64,000 nucleotides of DNA, from positions 91,170,484-91,234,483 of the forward strand of contig NC_083408.1 in assembly GCF_020745735.1 (NCBI RefSeq), read 5' to 3'. A program made the position numbers and the translations under genes. The notes beneath the pieces are model-generated. The model had not been told where the DNA came from. It searched no databases and saw only the letters and a list, made by a program, of their open reading frames with translations. Shown in pieces: positions 26,351 through 39,234 of this stretch. Origin of the DNA: Hemiscyllium ocellatum (Eukaryota). Within the stretch, counting starts at the first letter, position 1, and every line of letters starts with the position of its first letter.

Positions 26351-26442
26351 GTGATGAAGGGCTCTGGCCCGAAATGTCGAATTTCCTGTTCCTTGGATGC
26401 TGCCTAACCTGCTGTGCTTTAACCAGCAACACATTTTCAGCT
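26351..26442 (+). mobile_element. 92-bp hammerhead mini-insertion in SINE
   Basis: 15-bp TSD CTGATGCACCTAACA (26336-26350, 26443-26457); starts G-TGATGAAGGGCTCTGGCCCGAAATGTC. Confidence 0.88.
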
Positions 26443-26540
26443 CTGATGCACCTAACACTATGGGCAATTTAGCATGGCCAATTCGCCTGACCTGCACATC
26501 TTTGGATTGTGGGAGGAAACCCATGCAGACATGGGGAGAA

Positions 26541-26636
26541 GATTCCTGATGAAGGGCTTATGCTCGAAACGTCGAATTCTCTATTCCTGAGATGCTGCCT
26601 AACCTGCTGTGCTTTGACCAGCAACACATTTGCAGC
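26541..26636 (+). ncRNA. Second mini-insertion carrying an intact minimal hammerhead (26541-26580)
   Basis: GAUUC-CUGAUGA-A-GGGC-UUAU-GCUC-GAAAC-GUC^GAAU; flanked by GAGAA on both sides. Confidence 0.8.
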
Positions 26637-27729
26637 GAGAATGTGCAAACTCCAAACAGACAGTTATCCAAGGCAGGAATCAAACCATGTTCCCTGGCGC
26701 TGTGAGGCAGCATACTAACCACTGAGTTACCATATCATCCCAAGATGAGTTTATACATTTCAATTGACTACTCATGGGTGATGCACCAATCAAGTAGAAA
26801 GAAATGATTACGTGTCAGTCTGTGAGAAGGAAGCAAAGTCAACCACACATTGGATTAAAATGAGTATGTCTCTAGTTAATTGTATTAACTTCACAGAAAT
26901 ATTTATTTCATCAGAGTGAGCTCCACAATCCAGATTGTACAGGACCTAAACAAATGTACGTGTGTATGCCTTATTGGAAGTTGTCACTGATTTGTTTTTG
27001 TATTCATTCATGGGATTTGGGCATCACTAGTTGGTATATCCTTAATTGTGCTGGGGAAGACAATAGTGAGCTGTCTTATTGAACTACTGCAGTCCTTGAG
27101 AGTTAGGGACACCCACAATGCTGTTAGGAAGAGAGTTCCAGAATTTGGACCTCCCAACAGTGAAGAAGCAGTGATTTGCTTCTAAGACAGGATGATGTGT
27201 GGCTTGGAAAGAAAGTTACTGCTGGTGACATTCCCAGTAATGAACAAAAGTGGGATTCCTGGATGATTTTTTTCCTCCTTAGCTCAAAAACACTAATAAC
27301 TTGTTGCTCTCTTGGATGAGTTCAGATAACTCAGCACAAACTAGGGATTGAACCTATGACTTTTTGACTAAGTTTGATCTGGCTACTCACCAGATAGATA
27401 TCTAAATATGTTATGGTATTCTAAACTACAGATAAGTTGGCGTTTGATAGCTTATGATGAAAAGTAACACTGTTAATGTGCTGAAACATTAAGTTAGAAT
27501 AAATAGATTTCTACCATCTTACAATTGTTCCTTTTCTTCCACAAAGATCTGGTTGATAATTTTAAAATAGACATTGAAAGCTCCATTATCATCAAGTACA
27601 ATGGGTACAATGATATGACAAGTAGTATCGTCCTTTGCTGGGAAGTATAGGACCTTTCACCTCTGATAGCTAGGTTGCATCATTAGCATTTTTATGGCAG
27701 GTTTCACAATCATATTTCAAAGAACTTTA

Positions 27730-28100
27730 GAATCAATCAAGTATTTGTGAATTTTAGCACACAAACTGACTGCTTCCACAAGCAGCAAGGGGATAAACAG
27801 ATTATCTAAAAACCAGATAATTTTGTTGTGGTGTTGATTGAGGGCCAGGTCAGCAGAGGAAAACTCTTTTGCTCTTTGAGATAGTACCATGGCATTTTTA
27901 CCTCCCACCTGAAAGGGCAGATGAGCTTTGACTTAAAATCCTATCTAAAGTATGGCTTCTCTGACAATGCAGCATTCCCTCAGTTTTCAATGAAGTGTCA
28001 ACTTTGTATTTTCTGGTTACATCCTGGAGGTGGACTTTATAATTTACAACTTTCTGACTTAGAGGCTCGAGTCCTACTAATTAAGCCATAGCTGACATCA
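27730..28100 (-). mobile_element. Deu-domain SINE with tRNA-like head
   Basis: Minus-strand head TGTCAGCTATGGCTTAATTAGTAGGACTCGAGCCTCTAAGTCAGAAAGTTG followed by the Deu-like core. Confidence 0.65.
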
Positions 28101-28614
28101 ATGCAGGTTTATTTCTCATGGGGTTGACTGAATTTGAGGGAGAAGGAAATAAATATGCTATTCTCTTTGCTGATTCTACCAAAGAATAATAATTATCTTA
28201 ACTGAGAAAATAACAAACTGTAATATTACACCCAACTTTAGACGGTGCAAAGTAAGTTGGATGGATAGCACGTTACTGTTGATAAAATTGAAGAAAGACA
28301 AACATTTCTCTTAACAAGATACCAGTAGACAGTAAGAATTGAAGAACAAGAATTATGGAAGCAAATTATTGCAGAGCCCAAAACCAAATAACAGTGAAAA
28401 ATGCTGGAGAAACTCAGCAGGTCTGTCAGCATCTGCGGTACGGAAAAAGAATCAGAGTTAATGTTTTGAATTGATATGGCCCTTGAAGACACAAGGAAGA
28501 GTCATATTGGACTTGGAATATTAACTGTGTTTCTCTCTCCTCAGATGCTGCCAGACCTGCATGAGTTTCTCCAAACCTGCTTTCTGTTTACTCCTGTTCC
28601 AAATAAGTCTTTTA

Positions 28615-28850
28615 TAGAAATCACAGAAACTTACAGTGTGGAAGCAGGCCATACCAGTCCTCCAAAAAACATCCCACCCAAGAATTTTACATTTCCCATG
28701 GCCAGTCTACCCAGCCGGCAAATCATTGTGACTGTGTGAAGAAATTGGAATACCTGTAGTATCTACACAGATAGTCACCCAAGGGTCAAACCTGGGTCCC
28801 TGGCGCTGTGAGACAGCAGTGCTAACCACTGAGCCACTGTGCTGCCTGGT
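28615..28850 (-). mobile_element. Decayed, internally deleted HE1-type SINE
   Basis: GCAGCACAGTGGCTCAGTGGTTAGCACTGCTGTCTCACAGCGCCAGGGACCCAGG head. Confidence 0.75.
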
Positions 28851-28889
28851 CTGACACCACAAGGTTCAGACAACTTAATCAAGAGTAGA

Positions 28890-29440
28890 GTTGAGAAGTG
28901 TGGTGCTGGAAAAGCACAGCAGGTCAGGCAGCATTCCAGGAGCAGGACAGGTCAAGAGGGCAGTGCCTAGTTGGAGGATTGGATCCTGGATGAGGTGGGG
29001 GGGGGGAGGAGAATTGGAAACTTTTCAAATCGATGTTGATGCCATGTGGATGTATGGTCCCAAGGCGTAAGATGAGCCTTCCTCCTCAGTCATTGGATGG
29101 CTTGGACTTGGAGGAGGCCCAGGACTTGCATGCCCTTGGTGTAATGGCGGAGGGAGTTTAAGTGGTCGGCCATAGGGTGGCGAAGTTGTTGGGTGCATGT
29201 GTACCAGAGATGTTCCCTGAAACAGTCTGCAAGTTGGCATCTTGTCTCCCCGATGTAGAGGAGACCACATTGAGAGCAACTGACACAGTAGATGACGTGT
29301 TTGGATATGCAGGAAAATCCTTGAACAAATACTTTGGAGTCTTGGGCGGAGTTGTGGGCGCAGGTTTTATACCTCAAGGTAGCATTGAATTTGTGACTCA
29401 ATTGCCTGGTCCCAGTGTGTGTCGAAGGAGGTGAAGTGAG
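28890..29440 (-). mobile_element. Decayed PLE fragment (GIY-YIG domain and terminal repeat) abutting the LYSET promoter
   Basis: HVIYCVSCSQCGLLYIGETRCQLADCFREHLW. Confidence 0.85.
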
Positions 29441-29950
29441 GTCCTCCAGTCGCTAGAGGCGCGCTGGGGCTCACACGGGCCGCTGGTAGCCGAGGTCACC
29501 TCTTGTGCCCTGGTTTCCCCGGCAACAGCCCGGATAGAGTTGGTGAGGAGACGGAAGTGGGTCGATTTGTGACTCGTCAGCCGGCGGAGGCCGCGGAAAC
29601 AGAGAGAACGGAAGCGATGGATTGAAGCAGGGAGGGGGACCGAGCGCCGCGGCGGCCCCTTCCCATCCTCTCCCCGGCCACGGCAGCGTTTCCTTTCCTG
29701 ACAATGGTGAGTGTGGGTCAGGGGGCCCCGGGCCTCGGTCACTCCGTCAGCCCGTCGCCGAGCTGTCTCTCTTCATCAACCCCTCCCCTTCCCTCCGGGA
29801 AACCGCAGCCTCCTGTCGCCCTGGCTCTGGGGTGGCCATCTGCACCATCACCTGAGCCGACACTCCCCTAGGGACAGGCCTGCCCGGGGTAGGGTGCAGC
29901 CGCACTGTCGGAGGAGCCGGGGTTTTTTTTTGCATAAAACCTTCAACTGC
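29440..29950 (+). promoter_or_regulatory. LYSET: CpG island / LYSET promoter with non-coding exon 1 ending at 29706
   Basis: Dense CpG, ETS-type CGGAAGT (29552) and CGGAAG (29609), and a strong donor AATG|GTGAGT at 29706/29707. Confidence 0.75.
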
Positions 29951-32900
29951 TCTCTATCTCACGTGGTCGTTTAAAAATAAATCACCCCTCCCTGGTACTC
30001 TTGACAAATAAGAGCTACGGAGTTTTCCGCCGCGTTATGACTGACAACATTATTATAACATTAATAACAGCGCAGATTAACCGGCTGTTGCTGTGTGTGG
30101 GTCTCTTCCTGCCACGTTTTACTGCATTTGAACAGTGACTTAAGTTCGAAAGTGCCCAAAATTGACCAGGAATGATTTGCCTGACCGCGGACTATCCCAA
30201 AGTGTTTCATGAATGTCCGTCTGTCATTGTGTCAGGGCTGGCCTTAATAACAATTTTGCAACTACACGGGAAGATCTTGGGTTCACACAGCAGTGCTGTT
30301 CTGGGGCAGCGCTGCTTTGTCAGAGGACTGTACTTCTGAAACCTCAGCTGCTTGCTCACGTGGATGAAAGATCTTGTGATGTTCATACAAGCATAAGGAA
30401 ATTATTGGGATTACCAACACTTGTCTCTGAATTACAGCACCAAAAGGGTAACATGAAATCATACCTGTTTACAACAGTACTCATTCGACGAAGAGCTGTT
30501 CAGAATGTTTCTATAAGATGTGATGAGTAACTCCATAAATAAATTTATTACCTAAATAAATTTGAACAATTTTATTGGATTGTAGTGTCCTTTGGGAAAG
30601 ACCTTGGCTTTGTACTCTTCAGAACTTTTGCAAAAGAAATTCAACTTTCAATACTTCAACCTAAGTAGTTGCCTCGTTAACTTGTGTTTGTGTGACCATA
30701 TGTGGTTTTAAGTTGGTGCTGAAGCAGTAAATTGCTACAATGCCATCTTTATGTGAAATCATTGGAGAGTGTATTGCCTGATTTATACCTGAAAGTGAAC
30801 CTTCTAGAACACTTTGCATTTTCCTGCAGTGCCTATTTCTTTTAAGGGTTACTGCCTTGTTACCCTTTGATTATAGTTTGCTGTATTCCCTGGAATTTAG
30901 AAGAATGTGGCTTAATTGCAACATTTTGATGCCGTTTCCTAATTGGGGAATCTAGAACACAGGGTCTCAGGATAAAGGATCCATTATTTAGAACTGCAAT
31001 GAGCAATAATTTCTTCACTGAGAGGATTGTGAATGCTCTGTTTCTGTGCATTTTCAATGGTATATTTTTCAACGCTAAAGGAATCGAAGGATAAGGAGCA
31101 AGTGCGGGAAAGTAGAGTTAAGATCGTATTTATTGGAGCATGCTCAAAGAAACAAACGCCCTACTCTGTCTTTATGCATGGAGCAAATCCCTTCCCACAA
31201 ACAAATTGATTTCGAAATAGCTCGCTGTTGGAGTAACTGACTTTTATAGGTGTCTCAGCAAGCCATTGAGCTGGTGGCAATACATTTGTGGCCTGGTTGA
31301 TGATTGAAAATTTACTGATTTTGTTGACTAGTGGATGAGCTGATAGTCCAGTTGTTGTAGTAATAATTCATCCTGTTAGCAATTATGATGTCTGCTTAAA
31401 CTAGCATGTTCCAAAGCAAAATTGATCACATTGGTTCTTAAGTAAATTTTAAGGCAGTTTTAAATCTTGGTTTAAAGCCTGTTTTGCCATTTCTTTCCAG
31501 TAACACTAATCATTGAGTTGTCTAACACAAATATGTTGCTCCTGAGTAGGAATGGATGTACGTGAATATTAAATGTACATCAGATGAATTGTCTTAACAA
31601 TCACATTTCTGAAATGATCAAGCACTTAACTGATGTAGGATAGCCTTATTTGGTTGGCTGAGATAGAAAAATGCTGTGTTGGAAAAAGAACTGATGAGTG
31701 ATTAACATCAATTGTTATACTTCCTTTGGAGCCAGCATCTTTGTTTGAAAGGAAAGGAGTGAACATTGCAATCTATTTCAATATATATATATATGAGAGC
31801 ACAGTTGTTCTCATTGCACTCATGCATTTGATAATGTGGCAAAGAAGTTTGTTGAATTCTGCTTCTACTTTGCACTGTGGAGCACATCTCAATCTTTTTA
31901 AAAGAAGATCTGGCAAGATCTTCAATATATTCAAGAATGCTTTCCAATTGCATAAAGGGGAACAATACATTGTTTGATAAGGGTAATTTGAAACAAAGGT
32001 ACTCTTTTTGATAAAGCCCTTGATGGTTTCTTTCAGCTATATTTCCAGCAAGCTCTTGAACATTCCAGATGCTAGCATTCCAGACACTAACATTTGAAAT
32101 GAATACAGAAGAATAGAAATTAGGAGCAGGAGTGGCACATTTGATCCTTTGATCCTATCCACCATTCACGAAGATCATGGCTTATCTAGTTGAGCTCTTA
32201 TCATCACCTTTTTGCTTGCCACCATAACCCTATACTACCTTGTCTGTCAGAAATCTCTCATTCCACCTCGAAATAAATTTAATACCTCCACTAACTCCAG
32301 AGGAAGAAAATTTCTGTCCATGTACCTGCCCAAATGACTTTTAAATGTTGTAATTGTAACTGCCTCCACCACTTCCTCTGGCAGCTTGTTCCACATTCAT
32401 GAAAAAGTTGCCCCTCAAGTCCCTTGTAAATCTTTCCCCTTTCACCTTCAGCCTGTGCTCTTTAGTTTTGGACTCCCCTATCCTGGGGCGTTTTAGACAG
32501 GCTTTCCTTTCTTCTCCAAGAATTGCCACACCACTGCAGTTGTGGTCCTTTTCCCCGCCCATCTACTTTATCCCTCTGCACTTGACCCATTCCTTCCCAG
32601 AGTATGATAAATTAATCTTATCCTGACTGTCCATGCACTAGCCTGCACTTTCAATGGGCCATCCTCCACCTCTAGCCTGATGTCCTCAAATACGTTCCTT
32701 CCTTCCTTCTGTTGTTTCAGTGCAAGGGAACCATAGACCTGGGTGTAATAGAGGCAATTACTTAGTCACCCTTAACATGGTCTTCTCCCACCACTCCCAT
32801 GCACCTTTCCATCCAAGAGTAGGAGATATAGCATTTGTATTTTTATCACCCCAGAGTACACTGAAAGGGTCTCTCAGCAATGTGAACACGCTCTTGTGTG

Positions 32901-33417
32901 ACTGCAAGTTGGATGAAGAATATCTTCCCCCACACTCAGAATCTGAATGGCCTCTCCCCAAGTCTGAATTGCTGGCATCTCAGCAGGTGTGGCCTTGAGT
33001 ATTTTTTACATAAATACTTTCTGGAATTGCAGAAGAATATATGCCAAGTAGGAAGGAGATCACTAAGGCCAAAAACATATTTGCTTTTGAAAGCAGCGGG
33101 AATGATAACAAATGGAGGTGTTGGTTGAGGGGTCGCTGGAGAGATGATGGCTGAATGAGTAGGACAGTATTCAAACATTAGAGAGGCTGTAATGATCAAC
33201 CCAGCTTCTTCTTTCAGTTGCTGACTGTGCATTTGAAAGTTCGTTCTTGTTTTAACACTGATAATCCTGTCGTCTTCAGTGGGAGAACTGCTAAAAGTCT
33301 CATGGTGGTAGGGCAAATCACAAGTCAATGATTCCCTTTTAGATTCGCTGAGATGTTCATTTATTGTAACCCATTTTTCTTCTTCTTTTATATTGCAGAT
33401 AAAGTAGATTATGGAGA

Positions 33418-33813
33418 ATGATGAACTTTCGCCAGCGAATGGGTTGGATTGGAGTAGGATTATATCTTCTAGCAAGTGCTGCAGCCATTTATTATGTATT
33501 TGAAATAAATGAAACTTACAACCAACTGGCTTTAGAGCATATTCAACGGAACTCTGAGGACCTGGGCAATGGAGCCTCTTGGACACAGACAGTAACAGCG
33601 CGCTTGTTTTCACTCCCATTCTGGCTGTGGGGTTTCCTGTTTCTGATTCCATACCTGCAAATCTTCTTATTCCTTTACTCATGTACACGAGCCAATCCCA
33701 AAACAGTTGGTTACTGTATTTTCCCAATCTACATGGCTGTTGTTTGCAATCGCCACCAAGCTTTTGTCAAAGCCTCCAATCAAATCAACAGATTGAAAAT
33801 AATTGACACATGA
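33418..33813 (+). CDS. LYSET: Lysosomal enzyme trafficking factor (TMEM251), 131-aa form, single coding exon
   Basis: MMNFRQRMGWIGVGLYLLASAAAIYYVFEI...LPFWLW..LFLIPYLQIFLFLYSCTRANPKTVGYCI matches vertebrate TMEM251, with two hydrophobic segments. Acceptor TTCTTTTATATTGCAG| at 33398; syntenic position fits. Confidence 0.97.
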   Translation: MMNFRQRMGWIGVGLYLLASAAAIYYVFEINETYNQLALEHIQRNSEDLGNGASWTQTVTARLFSLPFWLWGFLFLIPYLQIFLFLYSCTRANPKTVGYCIFPIYMAVVCNRHQAFVKASNQINRLKIIDT

Positions 33814-36800
33814 ATGGACCGATCACTTTAGGTTATGATAAGTTAACACCAAATCAAGTTTCAGAGCATGGATGCTTAGTGTGATGTAATCTGTAATGAA
33901 ATGTCTGGCTGCACCAAATTTCATTACTGTGGTTTTAAAAATTATGTTATTTGGGATAGTACAAATCCTGCAGACATTGTTTGGATTTTGTTCATATTTA
34001 CGAGTCCATCACCATGAATCACTCCAGTAACTCCATTCAGTGTGCACGTTTCAGGAATTTTCATTATTTTCCAATGGGAATTCTCAGCTCTTTAAGGCTA
34101 TTTTGGTGGGAAGGGTTTTGTTTCATCCTGATGTTTTAAACCTATATTTTTGTCTTTTGCACTTCAGTTTTTAACTGTAACTTAAAACAAGGTACAGTAA
34201 ATGTTTTTTTTCTACTTCTAGCAAAATGTTTATTTTGGTTAATTCAAACAACACTGATTACATTCACACCAATCATTTTTGGAAGTGGTGTGTTTTCAAA
34301 ATGGCCTTGTGAATAAAGATTATTTGACCATCTACTAATGTCATTTCCTTTTTTGTTTGCACAAAACTTTAACCTGTGTTCACTTCAGTTCCCTTGCCTG
34401 TAGGAAGCAAAGGAAGATAATTCACTGTAAATTCATGTATTCTATTAATAAAGGGCTAACCCTATAACTAAAGTCATTTTAGATAAACCGAAAGAGCTGG
34501 TAATTTTTTTTTAAAAATTGTAAAATCATCAGGTTTTGAACAAAATATGTAACCTAGTTCACTAGCTGTTACAGGCCAATTGTATTTGGGTGATTAATGT
34601 ATCAATGAGAGTCTTGATTATTGGCAATGTAGGGAAGGGATCACTTATTTTCCGTTTGGTTAATTTTTAAATATAAATTTAAACAGTACTGGACTCTACA
34701 TTACGATCATGGTCGAACTAAGATTAATCTGTACTAAGTTAGGAGCTATTTATCATGGATTGTAAGTTGCTCAAAAATATTTGAAGGACAAACTGTATTT
34801 TAAATTACAATCATAAGTCCTTCACAAAAACACTGATGAACAAAAATCAGCTTATTGTCTGATGCAGACAAAGTATCAGTTGCAGATTGTAGTGAAAAGT
34901 GTACCGAATGATACTGCCTCTCTCAATGCTTTTCTACAAATTCTAATGCAAATTGTTTTTATATTTTTAGTGAAGAGCACTTCAGTGATCATACCACAAG
35001 GAAAGGTCTTTTTAAAAAAAGTAATTTTATATATATCTTGATTTGCAACTTATTAACTTATGCCTGGAAATTTCAGCTGCTTTTAGGATAAATTAAATTC
35101 CTTGCAACATTCATCTCACTTCCTGTTGTAACTTTATTATTGGAAATGGAAGAGAAAAAGACAACTGCCACAAACTTAACCTGACACAATTATATCAAAT
35201 GTATGAAAGAAGCATGGCTGAGCCCAAATAGTGCTGAACAACCAAGATAGGACTAGCATGCATCTATTGTTGCCTCTTTGTCACTAGCCCCTCTCCTGCC
35301 TTCATTTGAATGTTGAAAACTACATTTTGGGAAATCACCTGTATTTGTTGCACAATTTGGCCAAATAGGGATTTATTTAAAGTGTCTAAGTTCCAAAGTG
35401 ATTGATCATATATGCTTAGAAATACTTCTGTAACAATGTCATCAAGTGCTGCTCAAATGCTGATCTGACTGTATAAAATGAATAGCTGAGGAATGAAGGG
35501 TTGTTGATGTGAGCTGAGGCAGCTATTGCTTCGTTCTCTCCTACCTGGGGTACAAATTTGGAACGTTCATCCATCTGAACGGAAACAGCAGACGGTGGAG
35601 GGGATGTTTTTATTCATGTGTGGCTGATTGCACATAAAATTAATTTAATGGTGTTGCCATAAACTAATATTGTAATATGGAGCCAATAAGACAGCTGTGA
35701 ATGTTTTGCTTTAAAAAAAGTTTATATTAAAGCCATTTAAGTGTTTTAAGACTTGTGCTAGTGTTTGGAACCCCAGCTTACATCCAGAATACAGATGCCT
35801 TTTATCTGATATGTAGACAATTGTAAGAAATATGGTGCTGGATTTGCTGCTGCTTCTATTGTTACAAACTTTTCTGCAAATAAAGTCTTGTATTTTAATG
35901 AGTGTGAACATTTTGTTTAAACCAGTTTAACAATATCAAGTATTATATAGACTCCAAAGTGTCTTGCTGTTTTCAATACCAGAGTGAAAATAATTCATTT
36001 CTAGGATTGTAAATTTGCATGTGCTAATGTCTCATGAGATGGGATTGGATCCAATCAAATCATCTTGCTGACTCTAAAGTTGTCCTGCCAAATTGTATTG
36101 TTCTGCCAAATTTAAAACTTTCAATATTTAGTTTCGGTCCCATAATTTTTGTGCATTCTAAATTCGATTTCCGCATCTGTGTATTTTACTGTTACCATAG
36201 TAAACCTCTATTGAATGCAATTCTTCAGCAAACTCCAAAGAAGCAAGGTTGGCAGTTATCATCACCACCTGATTTATAGGTGAGATTTATAAATGTGGCA
36301 AAGTATGACAATGCTTTTAATAACCTTACAATGCATCAAAGAGCCATGAACAGTATAAATGCCATATTATTTGACATTGTTAGGGTCAGGAGCTTTGTTA
36401 TTGACTTTTGATCAAGTTAGCAAAGTCTGTATTTCACCTTTTTAAAATCTCATAATTGCCCAGTCAAATGGCTGGCACATGTAAACGTTGCAAATGGTCT
36501 AAATCTCCCAGCTTACAATTTGTCCATTGTAGATTTGTCCTGTAGTTTGGTTCTAAATGTTCGTTTGGACCTTTGTAAAAATAGTTCAACATAATCGAAA
36601 CTAAGGAAGTATCATTCATTCCCTCAAAGATAACTTTTCAAGCCCTCTTAACTTTTGATTTGTATTTTGTATAATTTAATTCAAGAGTCTCCGTGTAGAA
36701 ACAACAGGCTGCCAAGTAAAGTAGTTGTAATATAGGAGCTAAATCATCTCATTGTTATTTAATGTGGAGAACTGTGCAGGGAATAAAAATGTACTGAATT

Positions 36801-37885
36801 CCTAACAATTTGTGGGATCAGTTTTCTCTGTTTCTGTACCTTATGTGCATGTTAGCCATGCAAGTGAGTACAACTTCTCAATAATTTAACTAATATATGA
36901 CATTTAATTTCCTTGTCTTTAATTCATGTGTAATTGTTTTACTTGAAACTGTTAGAAACTTAGAGATTGTTAATCCAATACACTTTCAATAGCAATAGTC
37001 TACCTCTTTTTAATACATTTTCATTTATTGAGTATATAGTAATTTCTGGCCTTGTATTTGATGTTTAAAAAGTTAAAAGTTTCTTGATCTTTTGGACACA
37101 GGTTTCTTTAGTATGGAAGCTAATGTTAAGAAGCATTTGTTTTTAACGTATTCTGAAAGAAAAGCATCCTGGTTCATTCAAGATACAAAAGAACCCTTAA
37201 CTAGTCCGCTAAACTTCAAAGATATGATTTAAAAGTTATTTTGATTTGGGTAAGTCTACTGCTGACCACTGGGTATTTCAGATCAAACAATTCAATACAT
37301 GCTCTGTGAAATTTGCTGATCTCAGGCATTTCAATAGTCAGAGCATTGACAATTGGTTCCAATGTGCCATCATATTGTACAGTTATTGCAAAGTGATTGT
37401 ATATAGGTGTTGAGCAAAGATTCATGCTTGTGATTATCTCAGTGACTGAACAGCAAGAATGGCCATATTGACTTGGTATGGGACAGATGATTCAGGTTCA
37501 TGGTATGAACAGAATAAATTTTATATTTACATGAAAGACTTGGTACTAAACTGTAAGTAGGAAAGGAAAGATGATTTTAACTTTTGCACGAATAGACTCA
37601 GCGGGTGATTAGTTTTATGGCTGACAACTACATTTTATTTTGTATGAACTCTCTACATCCCATGAAGTTTTTATTTTCCCAAGAGTGTTTACCTTTCCTG
37701 TCCATGACCTGGAGTAGAATTATCTTGTTTACAGTACAGTAACTAGACATCCAGGTCAATAGAAACTGAATCATGATAAACAATGTTTATGTTTATACAT
37801 CTTCAATGTATAATTATCAATTCAATTATTGTCATATGATCCTTTTTGCTTTTGAAATACAATAAATATTGTTTTAGTACAGAAT
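33814..37885 (+). other. LYSET: Probable long LYSET 3' UTR with several poly(A) signals
   Basis: AT-rich with no obvious repeats. AATAAA at 34312, 34447, 36782, 37513 and 37861, the last followed by a GT/T-rich tract. Confidence 0.5.
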
Positions 37886-39234
37886 TGTTTTAAGTGGTTT
37901 TTGATGAGTTAAAAAGAAATTGAAGGTACATCAGTGATCCCTGGAGAAACAAACTTTAAAGCCTTGGCTTACTAATGAAAATAAAGTTTAGAAATTTCCA
38001 ACAAGTAACATAATATGTAAACAGACCAAGCTGAGCTATCAAAATAGGAGGATGGAGAAATAGTTTCCTTAAAATATGAACTTTGTAACATATGTACAAA
38101 ACATTTTAAAAGTGCAGTTATGATCCAAATTTAAAACTAATTGCGCACCTCAAGTGAAAAATTAATGTTGGAAGAGATTCAAGTTTATTTCAACCAAAAC
38201 AGGCATCCTTGCTGCCACCTCTTCAAATGGTATTATAGCAGTCCAGAAAGTCACAATATAATCTTTCATTAGTTTCTAAATAATGGCAGATTTCCCACTG
38301 CTTGCCAAAGAAAGTATACTAAAAATATTTAAAATGTTCTGTTCTCTCTCTCTGATCTCCATCACCACCGATCATTTACTACTTCCCAACATTCCCACCC
38401 TTTTTGTCAGCACATATACCACCTTTACCTAGCTAAGAAGGGTTACTGGACCCAAAATGTTACCCCTACTTTCTCTTCACATTTGCTGCCAGACCTGCTG
38501 GGTTTATCCAGCAACTCTTTTTTTTGTCTAAAACACTGGAGTATATCTCTCCTTCTGGACACTAAAATGTTAGAGAAGCTGCAGAAAAGATTCACAACGA
38601 TTATTCAAAGTTCAAAAGCTTCGCTTACATGAATAGGTTTGAGAAATGCATAATTCCCCTTGAAAAGATGTGGTCGAGATATTTAAAATCATTAGAAGTC
38701 TGAACAGGATAGAATGGGGAGAAACTGTTTCCATGGGTGGAAGAATCCAGAACCAGTGGATGCAGATTTAAAATGATTTAAAAATCCTCCATCAATGCTT
38801 GTTTTGACAGGAAGTTGGTTGGAGCTGTAATGCACTGCCTGACACAGAGGTGGCAGCAGGTTAATTTGGGGCCTGTAAAAGAGTTGAATAATTAACTAGT
38901 TAGCAAATGGGAAAAGTGAGGGGAAGCTATGCTGTACTTTCTCTTTGCTGCTGCAAAGACCTCCAATGCCCACACACCAGTCAGTTTGCTCAGATCCAGT
39001 AAGCAACTGTATAGTCATGTAGCTTGAAAGGAACGTTGAATGGGAGTGAATAAGTTGTACTAGGTGGATTGTTATTACATAGAGCCAAGACAGATATGGT
39101 GGGTTGAATGAGGACCACCTATGTTGCAATCATTCTGTGCTTCTAACAGATCATTTGACAACTTTGGTAAAAACAAGTCAAAACAACAGTTTGAAATGGG
39201 AGAAGAACAGGCAAAGGAAGCACATGGTGAGATC

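Larger units (their letters stand above)
26222..26740 (-). mobile_element. HE1-type tRNA-derived V-SINE interrupted by two hammerhead mini-insertions
   Basis: Head CTCAGTGGTTAGTATGCTGCCTCACAGCGCCAGG, V-domain GGTTTCCTCCCACAATCCAAAGATGTGCAGG, and (CTAAT)n tail. Confidence 0.9.

Noticed and set aside
29398-29974. Several 60-114 aa ORFs over the LYSET CpG island (and similar ones at 12200-12950 and 59870-60670)
   Set aside because: Expected stop-codon scarcity in GC-rich promoter DNA; no protein features.
32936-33727. 263-aa antisense ORF overlapping LYSET
   Set aside because: No recognisable domain. About 40% is the antisense shadow of the LYSET CDS, and the rest runs into intronic, probably ancient LINE-derived sequence.
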